From a virus, in IMG/VR virus record IMGVR_UViG_3300046492_000199: 64,000 bases of DNA; one strand, 5' to 3'. A program made the position numbers and the translations under genes. Below the pieces are notes generated by a model. It had not been told where the DNA came from, did no database searches, and saw only the letters and a program-made list of their open reading frames with translations. Below are positions 9,868 through 19,739 of this stretch, in pieces (positions within the stretch are counted from its first letter, which is position 1; each line of letters begins with the position of its first letter).

Positions 9868-10296
9868 ATGGCTACTGCAATCAATGAACTGAAGTCGATC
9901 AAGGTAAACGAAATCGCATGGAGCGGTCGCGCCGCCGCTGCGCTGAAGAATGGCGGCTTGCTGGATAAGACTCTGGCTGATGTTGACAACATCAAGGATG
10001 ATGAGCTTCTGTCCATCAATCGTATGGGTCGTGGCTCTCTTGGCGAGATTCGCCAGAAGATCGTCCAAGCCGGTGCGAGGGCTCGTGAAGAAAAGATGAA
10101 GCAGGATATGGATCAGCGCAACGCTGATTTCAATACCGGCAACAACACCAATGATCAGCCTGTGCCGGATCGGCGTGAAATCAAGGTCAGGTCGAACAGT
10201 TCCGTCGAGGATAAGGTCATGGAATTCGCCAAAACCCACCCTTCGATCATCAATTCGATCATCAACGAAGAAGTGATTTTGGTCCCCCGGCTGTAA
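9868..10296 (+). CDS. RNA polymerase alpha-subunit C-terminal-domain-like protein
   Basis: KVNEIAWSGRAAAALKNGG...LADV...DDELLSINRMGRGSLGEIRQKI aligns by eye to alpha-CTD (vddLeLtvRsaNcLk...igDL...eveLLktpNlGkkSLtEIkdvL). Strong AGGAG RBS. Confidence 0.75.
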   Translation: MATAINELKSIKVNEIAWSGRAAAALKNGGLLDKTLADVDNIKDDELLSINRMGRGSLGEIRQKIVQAGARAREEKMKQDMDQRNADFNTGNNTNDQPVPDRREIKVRSNSSVEDKVMEFAKTHPSIINSIINEEVILVPRL

Positions 10297-10304
10297 CATT
10301 TCTA

Positions 10305-10364
10305 TTGACATTCACGAAACGTTCTGATACAAAACTCCCCATATTGATTTATGGGGAGTTTTTT
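10305..10364 (+). promoter_or_regulatory. sigma70-like promoter overlapped by terminator-like 12-bp inverted repeat
   Basis: TTGACA (10305-10), 17 nt, TACAAA (10328-33). AAAACTCCCCAT (10331-42) and ATGGGGAGTTTT (10351-62) followed by Ts. Confidence 0.6.
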
Positions 10365-10933
10365 ATTGGCTACGAAGTTCTTATTTAACAACCTCCCCGC
10401 CTATCAAGAAGGGCGATTCGCCCTTGTTAAAAATTCCGACGATGGATTGTGGTATATTTATCACATTATGTCAGGGTTGAAAGCGATGTGGATCATCCCT
10501 CCTTTCAAGCAGAAACGCGATGCTCTTGTTTTTGCTCAACATTTGGATCAAGCACCGATTGATTGGAATGTCAATAGTGAGATTCAACTACTTGAGAAGA
10601 ACGACGCGAATCAGCTACACACAATTATGTCGCGAATTTCTCGCGCCATGAGACAACATAGGCTCAACGGGGGTTCTTAAGAAATGGCGCGATTTACTGC
10701 TTTTGTTACCTACAGAAAGACGGATGATGTAAATGACAGTATTGTTTTCGACTTTGAAGAAGAGGGACAACTAGGCGAGGAATTGGAGAAACGGCATATC
10801 AGTCTTTTCAATATCGTAGGTAGAATGGAGCTTCTGTATAACGGTCATATGGGCAACCCTATCTCCATGGCGCAGTGTTTCGCAGAAGGCGACTTCGAAC
10901 CAATTGGTGCAATGCATTAACATTTTCTTCTTG

Positions 10934-10976
10934 CCCTCTTCCTGAGCGAAACTCGTGACGGAAGAGGGTCTTTTTT
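10934..10976 (+). terminator. intrinsic terminator
   Basis: CCCTCTTCC...GGAAGAGGG stem followed by TCTTTTTT, in an intergenic gap. Confidence 0.6.
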
Positions 10977-11399
10977 CATTTAAGGAATAACATTATATGA
11001 CTATTAGAAATAATTGCGAATGGCTGTTTCAAGGCTCACTCCTAGCCGTGGCTAGGGTGAATAAGGTTGGCGAAATCTGGCTCACCATGACAGGCGGGAA
11101 AGACCCATTTGACCCTCGAAAAATTGGCGACACATGGCTGTGGGAGAGCACTGAAGAAAGATTTTTGAGCCAGTGGGTCTTTGTTAAAGAAATCGAGCCG
11201 GAAGTGGGCGAAGGTACGGATGACAGAGAACCGCTGATCGAAACGTGGCTCATCGTGTGCCGTTTCGCTGATGGAGTTGATTACCATAATGGCTTTTTCA
11301 CTTCCAAGGAGGAGGCTCAACTAGCCTATGATGAAGAGCCTTACGACATTGTCACAGGCGAGCGCGTAGAACTGCTCGACATTGTCAGGGTGCCATATT

Positions 11400-12044
11400 A
11401 TGGCTAGACAGCTGACCCGCGTCATTGGCGATGTTCATGGCAAATATGATCAATACAAAAAGATCATCAAAGGCACGACTCGATCCATTCAAGTCGGAGA
11501 TATGGGCGTAGGCTTTCGATCCTATAATTTTGAGAGAGAATTGGTGCGCAGCGCCAATCCTCCTCATGACTTGATGATTAAGCACGGTGCCCGATACATT
11601 AGGGGCAACCATGACAATCCCAATGTGTGCCGCATGGATAAAAAGTGGATTCCAGATGGCACGGTCGAAGATGATGTGATGTTTATCGGCGGCGCAACAT
11701 CAATCGACAAAGCTTATCGGACTGAAGGCCTGTCATGGTGGGCCGATGAAGAATGTGCATACAACGATCTTCAATCGTTTATTGATACAGCGGCTGTACA
11801 TAAACCACGAGTCCTTATCACCCACGAATGTCCAGAATTCATTGCTGATGGGATTTTAGCTGCGGTCAATAGGACAAAGCTGGAAGACCCTAGCAGGACT
11901 AGGCAGGCGTTACAGATAATGAGAGACTACCACAAACCAGAGACGCACATTTTTGGCCATTGGCACGTAGATATCGATCAAGTCATTGATGGCACGAGAT
12001 TTATTTGTTTAAACGAACTAAGTTACATAGATTTGGAACTATGA
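11400..12044 (+). CDS. calcineurin-like metallophosphoesterase
   Basis: GDVHG, QVGDMG, RGNHD, THECP, FGHWH motifs. Confidence 0.85.
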   Translation: MARQLTRVIGDVHGKYDQYKKIIKGTTRSIQVGDMGVGFRSYNFERELVRSANPPHDLMIKHGARYIRGNHDNPNVCRMDKKWIPDGTVEDDVMFIGGATSIDKAYRTEGLSWWADEECAYNDLQSFIDTAAVHKPRVLITHECPEFIADGILAAVNRTKLEDPSRTRQALQIMRDYHKPETHIFGHWHVDIDQVIDGTRFICLNELSYIDLEL

Positions 12045-12610
12045 AAATAGAATTAACTCAAGATATCCTAAAAGAACTGTTACATTACGAACCTCATACT
12101 GGCCATTTTTATTGGAAATTCAGAGACAAAAAATGGTTTGATAACCCAACTGGACCGGGATCAGCTAGTTGGAACAGTCGTTATGCCTATACTAAGGCCT
12201 TTACTTTAAATGATAAAGATGGTTACAAACTTGGGACCATTTTCACAAAAAGGTATAGAGCGCATAATATTGCTTGGCTTTACGTTTATGGTTCATGGCC
12301 AAATGGAATCATTGATCACATCAATGGGAAACCTTGGGATAATCGAATAGAGAATTTGCGGGATGTAACAAAACTAGAAAACGATAAGAATCAGTCTCTA
12401 GCTAAAAATAATAAAAGCGGCATTATTGGAGTGGATTTTTGGCCTTCTGCTTCACCTCCTAAACAGTGGGTTGCCCGTATCTCAACAGGAGATGGCAAGC
12501 GTAAATTTTTAGGCTATTTCCTAACTAAAGAAGAAGCAGCGGAAGCCAGAGCCAAAGCAGAAATTGAATATGGCTATCACGAAAACCATGGAAAACGAAA
12601 ATGTCAGTAA
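12041..12610 (+). CDS. HNH homing endonuclease with AP2-like DNA-binding C-terminus
   Basis: YRAHNIAW...IDHINGKPWDNRIENLR...N. C-terminal NKSGIIGV...WVARI...FLGYFLTKEEAAEAR. Confidence 0.85.
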   Translation: MKIELTQDILKELLHYEPHTGHFYWKFRDKKWFDNPTGPGSASWNSRYAYTKAFTLNDKDGYKLGTIFTKRYRAHNIAWLYVYGSWPNGIIDHINGKPWDNRIENLRDVTKLENDKNQSLAKNNKSGIIGVDFWPSASPPKQWVARISTGDGKRKFLGYFLTKEEAAEARAKAEIEYGYHENHGKRKCQ

Positions 12611-12918
12611 TTGATTTTAATCTTTTTAAAGCTAAAGTTGAAACGAATCCTAAACTTTATAACAAAGAGACGGAAGAATTTTGCTACACCATTGAGTATT
12701 TTCACGACGGCAGGAAATTTGTGACCGACCTTTGGGCCAAGACGTGGACCGACGCGGAACTTAAACTGAAGTCAATTCAAGATACAGCGGTTGTGGTAGG
12801 AAAATTAGTTGAGCGAGAGGATTGACACGTGCTCATAATCATTTTACTAAGCATCATTGTCTATTTATTGGTTGAGATAAGAGACAGAATGAAAAAGTAA
12901 ACCGCAAAGGAGATTTAG

Positions 12919-13566
12919 ATGAATAAGTATTGGGGCAGCTTGAATTGGGGCACGATCCTCACAGTGATCACTTACGCCATCGGCTCAGTATTGGGTCTGG
13001 TTGATGTGCATAATTTTAACTATGTCGAATTTTTCGCGATCTGGACCAGCTATGTTTGCACCCTGATGTGCGTGTTCCAGACGAGGTGGAATTACCCGCT
13101 CGGCGCGGTTTCTACCATTCTCTACGCCATTCTATCTTATCAAGCCAATCTCCCCGCCGTTGGGCTGTTCAACATTCTCCTATCGATCAATTTGATTTAT
13201 GGCTGGTTCCGTTGGCGCAGCGATGATGTGACTCGGCCCGTTACCAATCCTAATGCGGCATGGTGGCTCGGATATGTCGGGATCGGGTTGGCCACTTATC
13301 TGATCCTAACCATTGTCAATGGTTACTTTGGCTACGACCAGACTTGGGTAGACGTTACTACAGCTGTAGTTTATGCCGTGGCTCAAGCCATGCTCGACAA
13401 CAAACATCGCACATCGTGGACCGTATTCTTTGTCCTCAATGTCTTGTCGATCTACCTTTATTTCAAGCAGGAAGCTTATTTCGTGGTTATCCAATACGTT
13501 TACTTCCTCGGAAATACACTTTATGGTCATTTTGAATGGCGTAAGTCAGAAGAAGTTTTCAATTAA
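12919..13566 (+). CDS. pnuC: PnuC-like nicotinamide riboside transporter
   Basis: Multi-TM protein with WNYPLG, YGWFRW, AQAML..K...SW..F motifs, located near NadR. Confidence 0.8.
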   Translation: MNKYWGSLNWGTILTVITYAIGSVLGLVDVHNFNYVEFFAIWTSYVCTLMCVFQTRWNYPLGAVSTILYAILSYQANLPAVGLFNILLSINLIYGWFRWRSDDVTRPVTNPNAAWWLGYVGIGLATYLILTIVNGYFGYDQTWVDVTTAVVYAVAQAMLDNKHRTSWTVFFVLNVLSIYLYFKQEAYFVVIQYVYFLGNTLYGHFEWRKSEEVFN

Positions 13567-13570
13567 ATCA

Positions 13571-13599
13571 TTGACAGTAGCCCCTAACGGGGCTACACT
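13571..13599 (+). promoter_or_regulatory. sigma70-like promoter whose spacer is a perfect hairpin
   Basis: TTGACA (13571-76), 17 nt, TACACT (13594-99). GTAGCCCC-TAAC-GGGGCTAC at 13577-13596. Confidence 0.65.
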
Positions 13600-14067
13600 G
13601 CTATCTAGATAAAGGAGGGTGTTTATGCTGAGATTTCTAATAATTTACGGCCTCGTCGCCTTTGGTACTTGGGCCGGATATGACAGAATTTATAGAGAGG
13701 CTTGCCCTTCGGAGAAGTTCTCATACGGTCCTGTCACGGCGGGAATTGCATGGCCCTTCTTCGCCGGTCTAGCCATTGCCAGCGCCACCACTGATAGGAT
13801 TTCCAATCCTGTCACTTGTGACAATAAATTTTAAAAGGAGGTTTTGATGCGTTATAAGAAATGGACCAGTGCATATCTTCTTAACGAAGCGTTGGAATCT
13901 CCCACGATGAAAGCAGAAGTCACGGTTAACGGCGAAACTATTGCTGTCAGCGCCGTGACAGAGCTTGAAACATTTGGCGTGACTTGGAAGCGTAACGGCG
14001 TTCTTGTCACGGAAGAAGATGCGGCAGAAGTTTTGGCTCGATGGGCCGTGGAAGGAGTTTAAATTTT

Positions 14068-14541
14068 ATGACGAGAGACGAAGTTAAAGCGAATCGAATC
14101 AAGTGGGCCAATTTCCTTCTCAATAAGAAGAGGAAGAAGGCTACCGGCATACTTGATAAGGGCGACGGTGCTAGATGCTGTTTGGGCCACGGCGCGTACT
14201 GCTTAGGCGTGTCTCGTCACAGACTTGGTGAAACGTATGTCACGAGTTTCGAGTATGGAGATGGGCGCGCAACATATTCCGCTCCTTCTGAATTGGTAGA
14301 CCTTGTCGGACTGTGGGACAGTGATGGCATGACTGAAGGCGAGGATTTAGTTATTGATGGTCTTAACTTTTCTTCACTAGCCTCTGCCAATGATGCTGAT
14401 AGGCATTATGCCTTTGAAACAGGCGTTGAAAGCAGAGAAATAAACATCACTCCTCAAATGATTGGGACATATCTCCTCACCGTGATCGAAGGCGGCGACG
14501 ATACTCCATTCCGCCCACTGTCGGAGTATCCCGAAGTATGA
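14068..14541 (+). CDS. hypothetical protein, CCLG-motif family (paralog of 19398-19739)
   Basis: W...L...K...G.L...DG.RCCLG motif shared with the later ORF. Confidence 0.55.
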   Translation: MTRDEVKANRIKWANFLLNKKRKKATGILDKGDGARCCLGHGAYCLGVSRHRLGETYVTSFEYGDGRATYSAPSELVDLVGLWDSDGMTEGEDLVIDGLNFSSLASANDADRHYAFETGVESREINITPQMIGTYLLTVIEGGDDTPFRPLSEYPEV

Positions 14542-15551
14542 CCACAACAGGACTATGCGTGATCAGTGGCCTCTTGCCGACACGTGGTCATCAATATCTA
14601 ATTGATTTTGGTTCTAAATTCGTGGATCGGCTCCATGTCATTGTCTGTATCAGGTCGTTTGAACCACGACTCACTCTGGATCGAGCCGAAGTTTTGGCAC
14701 AGCATTATGCTGGAACGAATGTAACGATCCACGAGCACTACGCCGATGATGCGCCTCAGAATGATGATGGCACGCCTGAGTTTTGGGACTATTGGTCCAA
14801 TCTCGTCAACAAAGCCATCACGAAGCGTAAAAAGATTGATTACTTCTTCGCCTCGGAAAAATACGGCGCGCGCTTCGCTGAAGCTCTTGGCATCACCTTT
14901 GTCCCGGTAGATATTGGCAGGGAAATCCTAAGCGTTACAGGGACAGGTGTCAGGAAAAATCTGGCTGAAAATTTTAAATACATTCTGCCTGAGTATCAAA
15001 ACCGTTTGGCCAAGACTGTGTGCCTCTACGGTCAAGAATCAGTAGGTAAAACCACTATGTCTAAGTGGCTCGCCAATAAGTTGGAAGGCCGTTGGATTCA
15101 CGAATGGGCCAGACCTTATCTTGAAGAAGTCGGCGCTGAGATAACGGATGAAAAAATGTTAAACATTGTGCGTGGCCAGTACGCAGCGATGATTTCCGCA
15201 CCTATGGCATTGTTTAATATAAGAGATACTGATCTCCTTTCCACTATTGGTTATTATAAAATCTATGGCGGAACTATGCCTGAAGAACTTATCCAAAAAT
15301 TTAACTTGACAAAGAGTGATCTTTATGTAATGTTAAATGACAATATCCCTTTCGAGCCTGATCCTTTGAGATACGGCGGTGATAAGAGGGAAAGTGAGAT
15401 GCAGTTCTGGATCGACCTGTTGGACGAATATGACTGCAAATATCATGTCGTGGACAGCACTGATATTAAAAAGCAACGCAAAGAAGTTGTAGAAGCTGTT
15501 TATGATTTTTTCACCGATCTACGCGAGATAGAGGAATTTATTCGTGACTGA
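14538..15551 (+). CDS. nadR: NadR-like bifunctional NMN adenylyltransferase / ribosylnicotinamide kinase
   Basis: N-terminal PTRGHQYLI (HxGH-type) and SEKYG. C-terminal P-loop GQESVGKTT, EWARPY, DTD, DPLRYGGDKRE. Confidence 0.85.
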   Translation: MTTTGLCVISGLLPTRGHQYLIDFGSKFVDRLHVIVCIRSFEPRLTLDRAEVLAQHYAGTNVTIHEHYADDAPQNDDGTPEFWDYWSNLVNKAITKRKKIDYFFASEKYGARFAEALGITFVPVDIGREILSVTGTGVRKNLAENFKYILPEYQNRLAKTVCLYGQESVGKTTMSKWLANKLEGRWIHEWARPYLEEVGAEITDEKMLNIVRGQYAAMISAPMALFNIRDTDLLSTIGYYKIYGGTMPEELIQKFNLTKSDLYVMLNDNIPFEPDPLRYGGDKRESEMQFWIDLLDEYDCKYHVVDSTDIKKQRKEVVEAVYDFFTDLREIEEFIRD

Positions 15552-15897
15552 ATTCATTAGAGGTGACAAAGTTATCTTTGTCGATCCAGAACATAAATAC
15601 GGCGGCTGGAATTTCACTGTGGGTAGGACCTATACCGTTGGTGGTAAGTATTTTCCATCAGACGACGGGTATTTAGGGATTATGGCGGACGACAGCGGCT
15701 CTCCTAATGGACATTTGCTAAAGTTCTTCGTCTCAGCGCCAGTTGTGGACCAAACTTTTTGCTCTTGGTGGAACGAATACTATCCTCAAGAATATGGCCA
15801 CAACGCCGAATTTAGGAAGATTGTGGAACGACACGCAGAAGCAGCCTATGTGGCGGGAAAGCGCCACGGCTCGTAACCAACAAATAGGAACTTTGAT

Positions 15898-16308
15898 ATG
15901 AACTACAAATGGCTTACCTTCAACTGCGTCACGCTCTTTATCGTGGCCTTTCTGATCCAGTTTTATGATGGATTTAATCAACTACTAGCTCTGGATCACA
16001 CCTACGTCTCATTATTCATTGTAGCTCAATATGTTGCGATCAGCACCTATCTAGGCATCAAGAAAGAAGCCTCTAATTTCAACGCAGTCAGATACTATGC
16101 CAATATGCTTCCGCTAATTGGAATGGTTGGAACGCTTACCGCTGTGATGTTGGTTATGTACGAAGCTCAGATATCAGGCGCGAAAACAATCGCGGATTTT
16201 CACGGCCTCTTCTCAATGTTCACCACAACACTCTTTGGTGTGTTCTTCCTAGGCATGTCCAAGTTTCAGCTTGGTCTAGCATTTGGAGAGTACAAAGATG
16301 CTGACTAA
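15898..16308 (+). CDS. MotA/TolQ/ExbB-like proton-channel membrane protein
   Basis: TM segments with LPLIGMVGTL and GLFSMFTTTLFG signatures. Confidence 0.7.
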   Translation: MNYKWLTFNCVTLFIVAFLIQFYDGFNQLLALDHTYVSLFIVAQYVAISTYLGIKKEASNFNAVRYYANMLPLIGMVGTLTAVMLVMYEAQISGAKTIADFHGLFSMFTTTLFGVFFLGMSKFQLGLAFGEYKDAD

Positions 16309-16885
16309 ATCACTATCAGTCTCGTACATCGACTTCCTTTGGGCTTTATGTGGCGTCTTTCTCCTCCTGTTCTTAATTTCTGACGTTCAGGTAGAGAAGG
16401 CGAAGGGGAATATCATTGATCCGGCCCAATTCCTAGTGGAAATGACATGGACCGATGATAGCCCCAACGATATTGACCTCTGGATGAGTAATCCTAACAA
16501 CGATATTGTCTACTACCACACCAGAGAAATCGGCGGAATGACCCTAGACACAGACAATCTAGGTAGAAATAATACTTTTACTGATCCAGCTGGTAATCTG
16601 ATTGTCAATCACACACGTCGCGAAGTTGCTAGTATTAGAGCAGTAATGGCAGGTACGTATACCGTCAATGTGATGCTTTTTGATAAAGTAACCAAAGGAT
16701 CAGAAACGGTCAAGATCAGGGTTTTCAAGTTGAATCCTTATAAAGATATTATTGAAAAAGTGGTCGTGCTAGAAACGGTCAAGCAAGAATCCACCATATT
16801 ACAGTTTGATGTTGATAAGGACGGCAATTTTATCAGTAAATCCGAAGCTGAACAGATTTCTCTCTTTGCGAGGTTGAAGGCATGA
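16298..16885 (+). CDS. MotB/ExbD-like TM anchor fused to YfaP/DUF2135-like periplasmic domain
   Basis: SYIDFLWALCGVFLLLFLI (conserved TM Asp), then DIDLW..NP...YY...LDTDN...GTYTVNV. Confidence 0.6.
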   Translation: MLTKSLSVSYIDFLWALCGVFLLLFLISDVQVEKAKGNIIDPAQFLVEMTWTDDSPNDIDLWMSNPNNDIVYYHTREIGGMTLDTDNLGRNNTFTDPAGNLIVNHTRREVASIRAVMAGTYTVNVMLFDKVTKGSETVKIRVFKLNPYKDIIEKVVVLETVKQESTILQFDVDKDGNFISKSEAEQISLFARLKA

Positions 16886-17349
16886 TTATCCCATCGATCA
16901 TTATTCTCGGACTTCTACTTGTCACAGTTTTTGTTGGATTTAAATATAACTGGAAACTCTCACTAGCTATTTTCATTCCAATGCTTTATCTCGGTTATTG
17001 GACCGTAGCCACTCAGGTTCCAAAATACTTTGGCTATGCCGTGCCAATCAATTTCGCTGAAATGGAAAATCAGGCCTTATTGATCAGCGGTTATGATGGC
17101 GGTAAACTTATTTACCTGCTCATCATAGAGAAAGGCATCAAGGAACCACGCCTCGTCAGTATGCCAAATAATGACGAAAATAGGGCAATATTTAACGAAC
17201 TTACCAAAAAAATCAAAAACGGGCAAGCCGCCATTATTAAGAAAAACAATAAAAAAGGCGAAAAGGGTAAGGGCGATGGTCAATCCAGTATGGGCGATAT
17301 TGAAGGTGTAGAGATGAAGGATCAAAATATCCTTCAAAAGGAGGGATAA
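16882..17349 (+). CDS. membrane-anchored protein, third gene of MotAB-like cluster
   Basis: Two N-terminal TM segments; ATGA overlap with the preceding gene. Confidence 0.6.
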   Translation: MIIPSIIILGLLLVTVFVGFKYNWKLSLAIFIPMLYLGYWTVATQVPKYFGYAVPINFAEMENQALLISGYDGGKLIYLLIIEKGIKEPRLVSMPNNDENRAIFNELTKKIKNGQAAIIKKNNKKGEKGKGDGQSSMGDIEGVEMKDQNILQKEG

Positions 17350-17755
17350 TCGTGAAACCTGCATATTATTTAATTGAAAATTGCCGGTGTGAAGCCTATG
17401 TCCAAGAAATCGCGGTCTGCGTGTTCTGGCGTAGGTGGTATTGGAAGGCAAAGTTTTATTACGAGGGCGAATGCACCCCGTATGACATTTTCGACGGCAC
17501 AGAATTGACGGAACAAGAGGCGGTAGAATCCTGCCTCAGTAAATATGGGGAGTTGTTTCCAAGCGATGACTAAAGCAGTTGTAGTATATCAAGCCGGTGA
17601 CGAGGCCCATAGCATTCAAGTCGCACTGAGCCGACGTGACGGCAAAACGTTCGTGAGAGAATTCAAGCGGCATACCAGATTTGGCAAGAAGTGGGACACG
17701 TGGCGCGAGACTTCTTTTCCTGAAGTCATTGCGCTAGGCTTCGAAGAATTTAAGC

Positions 17756-18061
17756 GTGTCGATAAAGGAGTTAAGGTTGTCTTACCAATTACCGTTGCTG
17801 TTATTTAGTGCTGGACTAAATTTAATTTTTATATTTGGTTTCTTTGCTTGGCGCATGGGCCAAACTCCTTTGAACAGGGCGAGACATAAAGTTCGCGGCA
17901 CGGATTATGAAATTTTAGGCTTTGCCACGGTACAAACCGCTGATGCACTTAAAGACGATGACAGAGTTTTTGTTTATCGAGATATTGACAATGACGAAAT
18001 GTATGTTAGAAAAGATAGTGAATTTGCGGACGGAAGGTTTGAATTAATCGATGCCAAGTAA
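17756..18061 (+). CDS. DUF1653-like small protein (true start probably internal)
   Basis: RHKVRGTDYEILG...VFVYRD...MYVR..EF pattern. Confidence 0.45.
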   Translation: MSIKELRLSYQLPLLLFSAGLNLIFIFGFFAWRMGQTPLNRARHKVRGTDYEILGFATVQTADALKDDDRVFVYRDIDNDEMYVRKDSEFADGRFELIDAK

Positions 18062-18545
18062 TTTAAAAACTATGATCCTTGTCAAAGCCGCTCTATCTGG
18101 TCAATACGACCAGCAGAAAGTATCTAAGTACGATCACTGTGTCAGAGTATCTAATAATGCATTAATGCTGGTGAAGCGTTACGACATTGCGGACGAAAAA
18201 CTGGCAAGTGATATTTATCAAGTCGCACTGCTCCACGACGTACTTGAAGATAGCGATATTACGGCTTATGATCTCCATCTCTATGGATATAGCAATGCCA
18301 TTATCGACGCGGTAGAGCTTTTGACTCACTATAACGAAGATGGAAGTTATTCAGACTATATCGATACGCTCTGCGCCAGCGGTAATATCACTGCTCTGAT
18401 CGGCAAGCTGGCCGACAATATGGATAACACATCAATTGGACGCAACGCAGGCCTAGATGACAGGTTCAAAAATTATTTAAACCGACGTTATGCCGGTGTG
18501 AGAGAAAAGCTGGAAGCAGCGATTGAGAAGGCTTTAAATGTCTAA
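18051..18545 (+). CDS. HD-domain hydrolase, RelA/SpoT/Mesh1 small-alarmone-hydrolase-like
   Basis: DHCVRV...ALLHDVLEDS...VELLT...KLADNMDN. Confidence 0.7.
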   Translation: MPSNLKTMILVKAALSGQYDQQKVSKYDHCVRVSNNALMLVKRYDIADEKLASDIYQVALLHDVLEDSDITAYDLHLYGYSNAIIDAVELLTHYNEDGSYSDYIDTLCASGNITALIGKLADNMDNTSIGRNAGLDDRFKNYLNRRYAGVREKLEAAIEKALNV

Positions 18546-18956
18546 TTCTAATACAGTTTTTGATAATCTAAAAATCATTTATAATAATTTTGTTGTGAAA
18601 GCCGCCGAGATTGGAGCTTATGCCAGCAGCTGGACCCCGGAATTTTCTGTAAGTTGTTTGACTGAAATTTTCGACAATAAGCATAAGTGGAAGCCTAATG
18701 AAAAGTGGTTCGATGTGGAATTCAGTCAGAAGGACTTTCAGGGCCTCACCCCGGATCAGCTTATCAGTGTAGGCTTCAGGAAGTGGGACAACGATTTCTC
18801 ATTTCTAGTCCCTCTGTATCTCCTGAATTATCTAAAAATTGATGAGACTTATAAGTGCATCTCAGGAGATGCTGTCATGGTCAAAGATTTTGATAATGAT
18901 AATCGGTATGGCTGTTTGGCCTATTATTTTAATCTAGTTAATTAATAAGGAAAATT

Positions 18957-19172
18957 ATGTCTAATAATGTTAGTTCTTCTTCCGCAAGCGGCGGTATCGG
19001 ATTCTTCGGCGGCTTGACGCTGTTATTCATTGCCCTGAAACTAACCGGATTCATTGCATGGTCGTGGTTTTGGGTTCTATCTCCAATTATTTTTGCCTTT
19101 GGCATTTTTCTTTTGGCTGTAGGTCTTTTCATTTGGTTAGCGCTTAAAGAAGCTGGTGTGAAAAGACGATGA
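18957..19172 (+). CDS. small two-TM membrane protein
   Basis: GGIGF.GGLTLLFIALKLTG.IAWSWFWVLSP, a common phage membrane family pattern. Confidence 0.6.
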   Translation: MSNNVSSSSASGGIGFFGGLTLLFIALKLTGFIAWSWFWVLSPIIFAFGIFLLAVGLFIWLALKEAGVKRR

Positions 19173-19397
19173 CTCTATTTGATTATTATTTGCTTTGGGC
19201 CGGAACAGGGCTTTTGGGCTGTGTCATAGGATTCTATATAGATTATTATCTAGGGAATGACTCTAGATTAAAGGATTTGCTAGGATTTATCACTCTTGCT
19301 CTAACTATCGGACCTTTTGTTGCCGTAATGGCTATATCGTATTTTTGCTCAGAATTTAAAATTTTTGACAAAGTCGTTATTAAGGGAAGGAATAAGA

Positions 19398-19739
19398 ATG
19401 AGGATTGAGAACAACCATAAAGAACTGCGAGCGGCGTGGGTCGCTGCGCTGCGATCCGGCGAATATAAGCAGGGAGTGAACAATCTTCGCACCCCTGACG
19501 GGGAATACTGCTGCCTCGGCGTGGCAGGCAAAATCATTGGACTAAGTGATGATTTGCTAGGAGATTGGACCGAGGATGAATATCCTTATGACACGATTCA
19601 ACAGGCATTTGGTCTATCAGATTGTTTGGGAGCGTATGCAGAAGGCCAACTTTATTCACACAACGACCACGACGGCTTGACTTTCTCCCAAATCGCAGAT
19701 ATAATCGACGCCGAACCAGAAGGTTTGTTCATCGATTAA
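19398..19739 (+). CDS. hypothetical protein, CCLG-motif family
   Basis: WVAALRSGEYKQGVNNLRTPDGEYCCLGV...NDHDGLTFSQIADII. Confidence 0.6.
   Translation: MRIENNHKELRAAWVAALRSGEYKQGVNNLRTPDGEYCCLGVAGKIIGLSDDLLGDWTEDEYPYDTIQQAFGLSDCLGAYAEGQLYSHNDHDGLTFSQIADIIDAEPEGLFID

Noticed and set aside
14538-15551. NadR as a pseudogene because HxGH reads TRGH
   Set aside because: The ORF is intact with the kinase P-loop, and T/HxGH variants are compatible with this nucleotidyltransferase family.
15898-17349. Calling the MotAB-like cluster a Zorya system
   Set aside because: The A subunit is minimal with no long tail, the B subunit lacks an OmpA-type domain, and no ZorC/D/E genes are nearby.
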